In this document: positions 61,284-64,000 of the stretch, piece after piece
Layout of the letters: every line of letters starts with the position of its first letter
Position numbering within the stretch: position 1 is the stretch's first letter
Made by a program: the position numbers and the translations under genes
Notes under the pieces: model-generated
What the model was told of the DNA's origin: nothing
Database searches by the model: none
The model's input: the letters and a program-made list of their open reading frames with translations, nothing else
Assembly: GCA_963709345.1 (NCBI GenBank)
Contig: CAVPVX010000007.1
Location: 128,001 to 192,000 of the forward strand
DNA: 64,000 bases
Direction: 5' to 3'
Origin: an uncultured Actinomycetes bacterium
GTDB lineage: Bacteria; Actinomycetota; Thermoleophilia; UBA2241

Positions 61284-62360
61284 ATGTACCTCAGCGTTCA
61301 ACTAGCCGCGCGCCGTCTCGGTGTCTCACCGCACACGATCCGGCGCTGGACCACGTCGGGCTTCCTCCCCTGCATGCGCACTGCCGGTGGCCACAGGCGC
61401 ATCAAGCAGGAGGACATCGACGAGCTCACCCACCTGATCGGCGGCAAGAACCACCTTGCCGCCCGCCTCGCTCGCGAGCGCGAGCTCGAGACGCTGGTGA
61501 GCACCGCCATCGCCGTATCCAGCCAGCTCGATGTCGGCGCCCTTCTCCGCGAGATCGCCAAACAGATGACGACCCTGCTGGACGCCCACATCTGCGTCAT
61601 CTCCGACTACGACCCGGCGACGCGCACCGTCTCGGTGCAGGCCGAGTACGACAACCTCGGCAACCGGCGACCGGACACGATGACCTACACCCTGAACCAG
61701 TTCCCCATGGCGCGGCGCGCGATCGAGGATCACGAGAGCGGCACCGTCAACGTGAGCGACCCGCACGCCGACCCGGCGGAGGTCGCGATCATGCGCCGCG
61801 ACGGGGACAAGTGCCTGCTCATCCTCCCGATGGTCCACCAGAGGGACAGCATCGGGCTCATCGAAGTGCTCGACCATCAGCGCGAACGCAAGTTCAGCCG
61901 CCAGGAGATGCGGCTGGCGAACGCGGTGGCCGCACAGGCGGCCGTGGCGCTGCACAATGCGACGGTCTTCGCCCGTCTCAAGCGCAGCGACCGCGACGTG
62001 CTCGAACTGCGACACGCCATCGAGACCATCGCCGCCGGATACACGACCCTGCACCGGCAGACGGACGCCGCCGCCGTGTTGCAGGCTGCGGCGGATGTCT
62101 CGGCGCGCGCGCTCGGCGCCATCTCTTGCGTGGCGAACTGCGGCGACCTGAACGCCGGGGCGTCCGGGGTCGACCCGGGCGGCGACGGAACCTCGCAGAC
62201 GGACTCTGCACACGTGGTCGTCGCGTCGGCCCCTTGCGGACACGACCGCCTCGCCCTGACGGTCACCCTCGCCGGCACCGCGGGCGATGGACAGGCCGAG
62301 CTTCTCGAGCTGATCGCCACCATGGCCGGGGGCGCCCTGCACGACCGCGCGGCCTCCTGA
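61284..62360 (+). CDS. BldC/excisionase-like HTH regulator with GAF domain, paralogue 2
   Basis: YLSVQLAARRLGVSPHTIRRW..SGFLPCMRTAGGHRRI; GAF LLILPMVHQRDSIGLIEV...VAAQAAVALHNA. Same length as paralogue 1 (358 aa). Confidence 0.87.
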   Translation: MYLSVQLAARRLGVSPHTIRRWTTSGFLPCMRTAGGHRRIKQEDIDELTHLIGGKNHLAARLARERELETLVSTAIAVSSQLDVGALLREIAKQMTTLLDAHICVISDYDPATRTVSVQAEYDNLGNRRPDTMTYTLNQFPMARRAIEDHESGTVNVSDPHADPAEVAIMRRDGDKCLLILPMVHQRDSIGLIEVLDHQRERKFSRQEMRLANAVAAQAAVALHNATVFARLKRSDRDVLELRHAIETIAAGYTTLHRQTDAAAVLQAAADVSARALGAISCVANCGDLNAGASGVDPGGDGTSQTDSAHVVVASAPCGHDRLALTVTLAGTAGDGQAELLELIATMAGGALHDRAAS

Positions 62361-62477
62361 GCGCGACCGCGCGTCCCCCCGGGCGCGATCGCGACGCGCG
62401 ACCGACGGCGCCGCGTCGTCATCCTCGCACGGCGCCGCCCGGGCTCCCCGCGATCGCTCCTCTGCTATCCTGACCGC

Positions 62478-64000
62478 ATGCCTCGCGCGCTTCCCCGACT
62501 GGTCGTCGTCGACACAGAGACCACAGGTCTCGACCCTGCCCGCGACCGCCTCATCGACATCGGAGCGGTCGCGCTCGGGCCGGATCTGGCGATCGCCGCC
62601 CGCTTCACCACGCTCGTCGACCCCGAGATCCCCATACCGCTCTTCGTCGCGCGGCTGACCGGTATCGAGGACGGCGACGTCGCCGGCGCGCCGGGCACCG
62701 CGGCGGCCCTGAGCAGCCTGCGCGACTTCGCCGGCGACGCAGTGCTCATCGCCCATAACGCGGCCTTCGACCGCGACCACCTTGCCGCGGCGGCGCGGCG
62801 CAGCGCCACGCCGCCGCTGGAGAACGACTGGTTCGACACGCTCGAGGCGGCCCTTCTCCTCTTTCCGGAGCTTGACCGCCACGCGCTTCCTCTGCTCGCG
62901 GCCGAGCTGGGCATCGAGCGGCGCGCCCACCGGGCGCTCCCCGACGCGGAGACCACCGCCGTCGTCTTCGCCCGTCTCGCGGGTCGCGCCGCCGGACTCG
63001 CGGCCGAGGAGCGCCGGCTTCTCTCGGCCGTCTCCTGGCCGCCGCTCCGCCTGCTCGACGCCTGCGACATCCCTCCGGATGAAGCTCCCCCCCGCTGGTC
63101 GCGCAGGATCCTCCCGCCGGACCCGGCTCTCTCGCCACACTGCCGACCGAGGCCGACGGCTGGCGTCGCGAGCTCGGCGCATCGTCCGCCGGCACCGTAA
63201 CGGACGAACCCCCCGGCCTCGCGGCGCGTCTGCCGGGCTTCCGTCGTCGCCCCGGGCAGGTGGACTTCGCCGCCGCCGCCGCGAACGTCCTCGACTCCGG
63301 CGGCATCGGCCTCTTCGAAGCGGGCACCGGCATGGGCAAGAGCCTCGCATACCTCCTCCCCGCCGCCTTCGCGGGCGCTGCCGGCGGCCGCCGCGTCGTT
63401 GTGAGCACCAAGACGAAGGCCCTCCAGAGGCAGCTCGCGGCGCACGAGCTGCCTCTGGTGGCGGAAGCCCTGCCGCCCGGCTGGCGATGGGCCCTGCTCA
63501 TGGGGAGAGAGAACTACCTGTGCCGGAGACGCCTGGACGAAGCGGTGGCCGCGGAGGCGGAGTCGCTGCCCGATCCCGACCGCTCGCTCGCGCTCGCCTA
63601 CCTCGTGGGGCGCGCCCGGCGCGGGGACGTGGACCTTTCGGCGCTGCCGTACCGCGCGACGCTCGTTCTGGGCGCCCTCTCCGAGACGGCCCGAGACCTG
63701 CGCTCGTCTCGCGCCGCCTGCCTCGGCCGCCACTGCCCCGCCCGGCGCGCCTGCCACTGGCGCCTCGCGCGCAGCCGCGCCGAGGCGGCGCACCTCCTGT
63801 GCGTCAATCACGCCCTGCTTCTGACAGGTCGCGAGTCGCTGCCCCCGTTCGAGGACGTTGTGATAGACGAAGCGCACCTGCTCTATCACGAGGCCACCGA
63901 AGCATTCAGCGACGAGGTCGACGCGCACGGCCTCGACGCCCTTCTGGCCGACGTGCGCGGCCGCCGCCGGCAGCGGCCGTTGCCCCAGCGCCTGCGCACC
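62478..64000 (+). CDS. dinG: DnaQ-like exonuclease fused to a DinG-family Fe-S helicase; partial, frameshifted at a C7 run (63087-63093)
   Basis: DEDDh motifs VDTETTGLD, AHNAAFD and HRALPDA. After the shift: RPGQ, EAGTGMGKS, STKTKALQ, GRENYLC, CLGRHC...C, VNHALL, IDEAH. Confidence 0.88.

Noticed and set aside
59994-62360. Prophage excisionases or phytochrome-type photoreceptors
   Set aside because: There are no phage or integrase genes nearby, and the GAF domains lack the phytochrome PASDIP motif.

Overview
High-GC chromosomal backbone of an Actinomycetota bacterium, probably class Thermoleophilia (inferred from GC content, gene order and leaderless promoters). Most genes are on the minus strand, in the order tRNA-Leu, polA, rpsA, coaE, slt, uvrB, uvrA, uvrC, ogt, rapZ, yvcK, whiA, gap, pgk, tpiA, gpmI, secG, oppABCDF, prsA-like, recJ, relA. 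The main novelty candidate is a two-gene insert between whiA and gap. One gene encodes a ~1390-aa PPDK-like dikinase with a ~900-aa unrecognised N-terminal region, the ATP-grasp and phospho-His domains, and no PEP/pyruvate-binding barrel. The other, transcribed divergently, encodes an atypical second GAPDH. Other candidates: a tandem pair of BldC-like HTH-GAF regulators that share a promoter motif; a STAS/anti-sigma-kinase fusion leading a kinase and response-regulator operon; a bacterioferritin-like protein with a basic tail and the same alternative-sigma-like promoter as that operon; an ADP-ribosylhydrolase with altered metal ligands; and a LexA box over the uvrB promoter. Six genes carry indels (oppA, uvrC, uvrA, an HD-GYP gene, a response regulator, dinG), most likely long-read consensus errors. 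No CRISPR array, rRNA, integrase or transposase was seen.
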